Source: an uncultured Anaeroplasmataceae bacterium (lineage in GTDB: Bacteria; Bacillota_I; Bacilli_A; Acholeplasmatales; Anaeroplasmataceae). Taken from it: a stretch of DNA of 64,000 bases. Positions within the stretch are counted from its first letter, which is position 1, and each line of letters opens with the position of its first letter. This document shows positions 63,952-64,000 of this stretch, one piece after another. A model generated the notes under the pieces. That model was not told the DNA's origin, ran no database searches, and was given only the letters and a program-made list of their open reading frames with translations. The stretch covers positions 224,346 through 288,345 of the forward strand of contig CAJTNG010000001.1 of the NCBI GenBank assembly GCA_910577745.1, read 5' to 3'. Made by a program: the position numbers and the translations under genes.

Positions 63952-64000
63952 ATGACAAAAATTACAATTACACATTATCTCAAAATGATTGTCACTTTGG
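63952..64000 (+). CDS. 5' end of a further ORF, truncated by the window edge
   Basis: TAGGAG RBS and ATG 63952 (MTKITITHYLKMIVTL...). Too short to classify. Confidence 0.3.
   Translation, partial: MTKITITHYLKMIVTL

Overview
AT-rich Bacillota-type chromosomal segment, probably from a spore-forming gut anaerobe (inferred from cwlD, a bile-salt-hydrolase-family gene, glnS and a short IF-2). I support about 62 protein genes, 2 isolated tRNA-Leu genes and one preQ1-I riboswitch. I saw no rRNA, CRISPR array, transposase, integrase or prophage module. All family calls come from motif recognition by eye, since no searches were possible.

Layout:
- 1-8.7 kb: three large lipoproteins for pectin attack (Big_3 protein, PL9-like beta-helix lyase with GLUG region, CE8 pectinesterase).
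- 8.7-14.7 kb: 5'-3' exonuclease, esterase, DUF1538 membrane protein with two PII-like proteins, cwlD, and a truncated DegV.
- 14.8-20.3 kb: MacB/FtsX-type ABC pair, immediately followed by a TIR-like::6-TM fusion, convergent with a MATE gene.
- 20.5-22.6 kb: two COG0523-type GTPases, one with a 39-nt His/Cys-rich coding repeat.
- 22.6-30.5 kb: tsaE-tsaB-rimI, glnS, ABC-F, pcrA, tRNA-Leu(GAG).
- 30.7-33.6 kb: preQ1-I riboswitch and queD-queE-folE-queC-queF.
- 33.9-45.8 kb: accessory enzymes (DUF5131, DUF1848, BSH, ADH, GH13, Nudix::Maa fusion).
- 45.8-52.2 kb: tRNA-Leu(CAG) followed by orphan, ArsR, Ogt and macro-like genes.
- 52.3-56.6 kb: rimP-nusA-ylxR-ylxQ-infB-rbfA.
- 56.6-64 kb: Tyr/Pro-rich mini-protein, Mrp, plsC, lipid kinase, and a translationally coupled four-gene cluster (secreted beta-rich protein, anchored protein, ABC ATPase, permease).

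Best candidates for undescribed biology are the TIR-like::TM protein, the secreted-protein/ABC cluster, the DUF5131/DUF1848 block and the DUF1538/PII trio.
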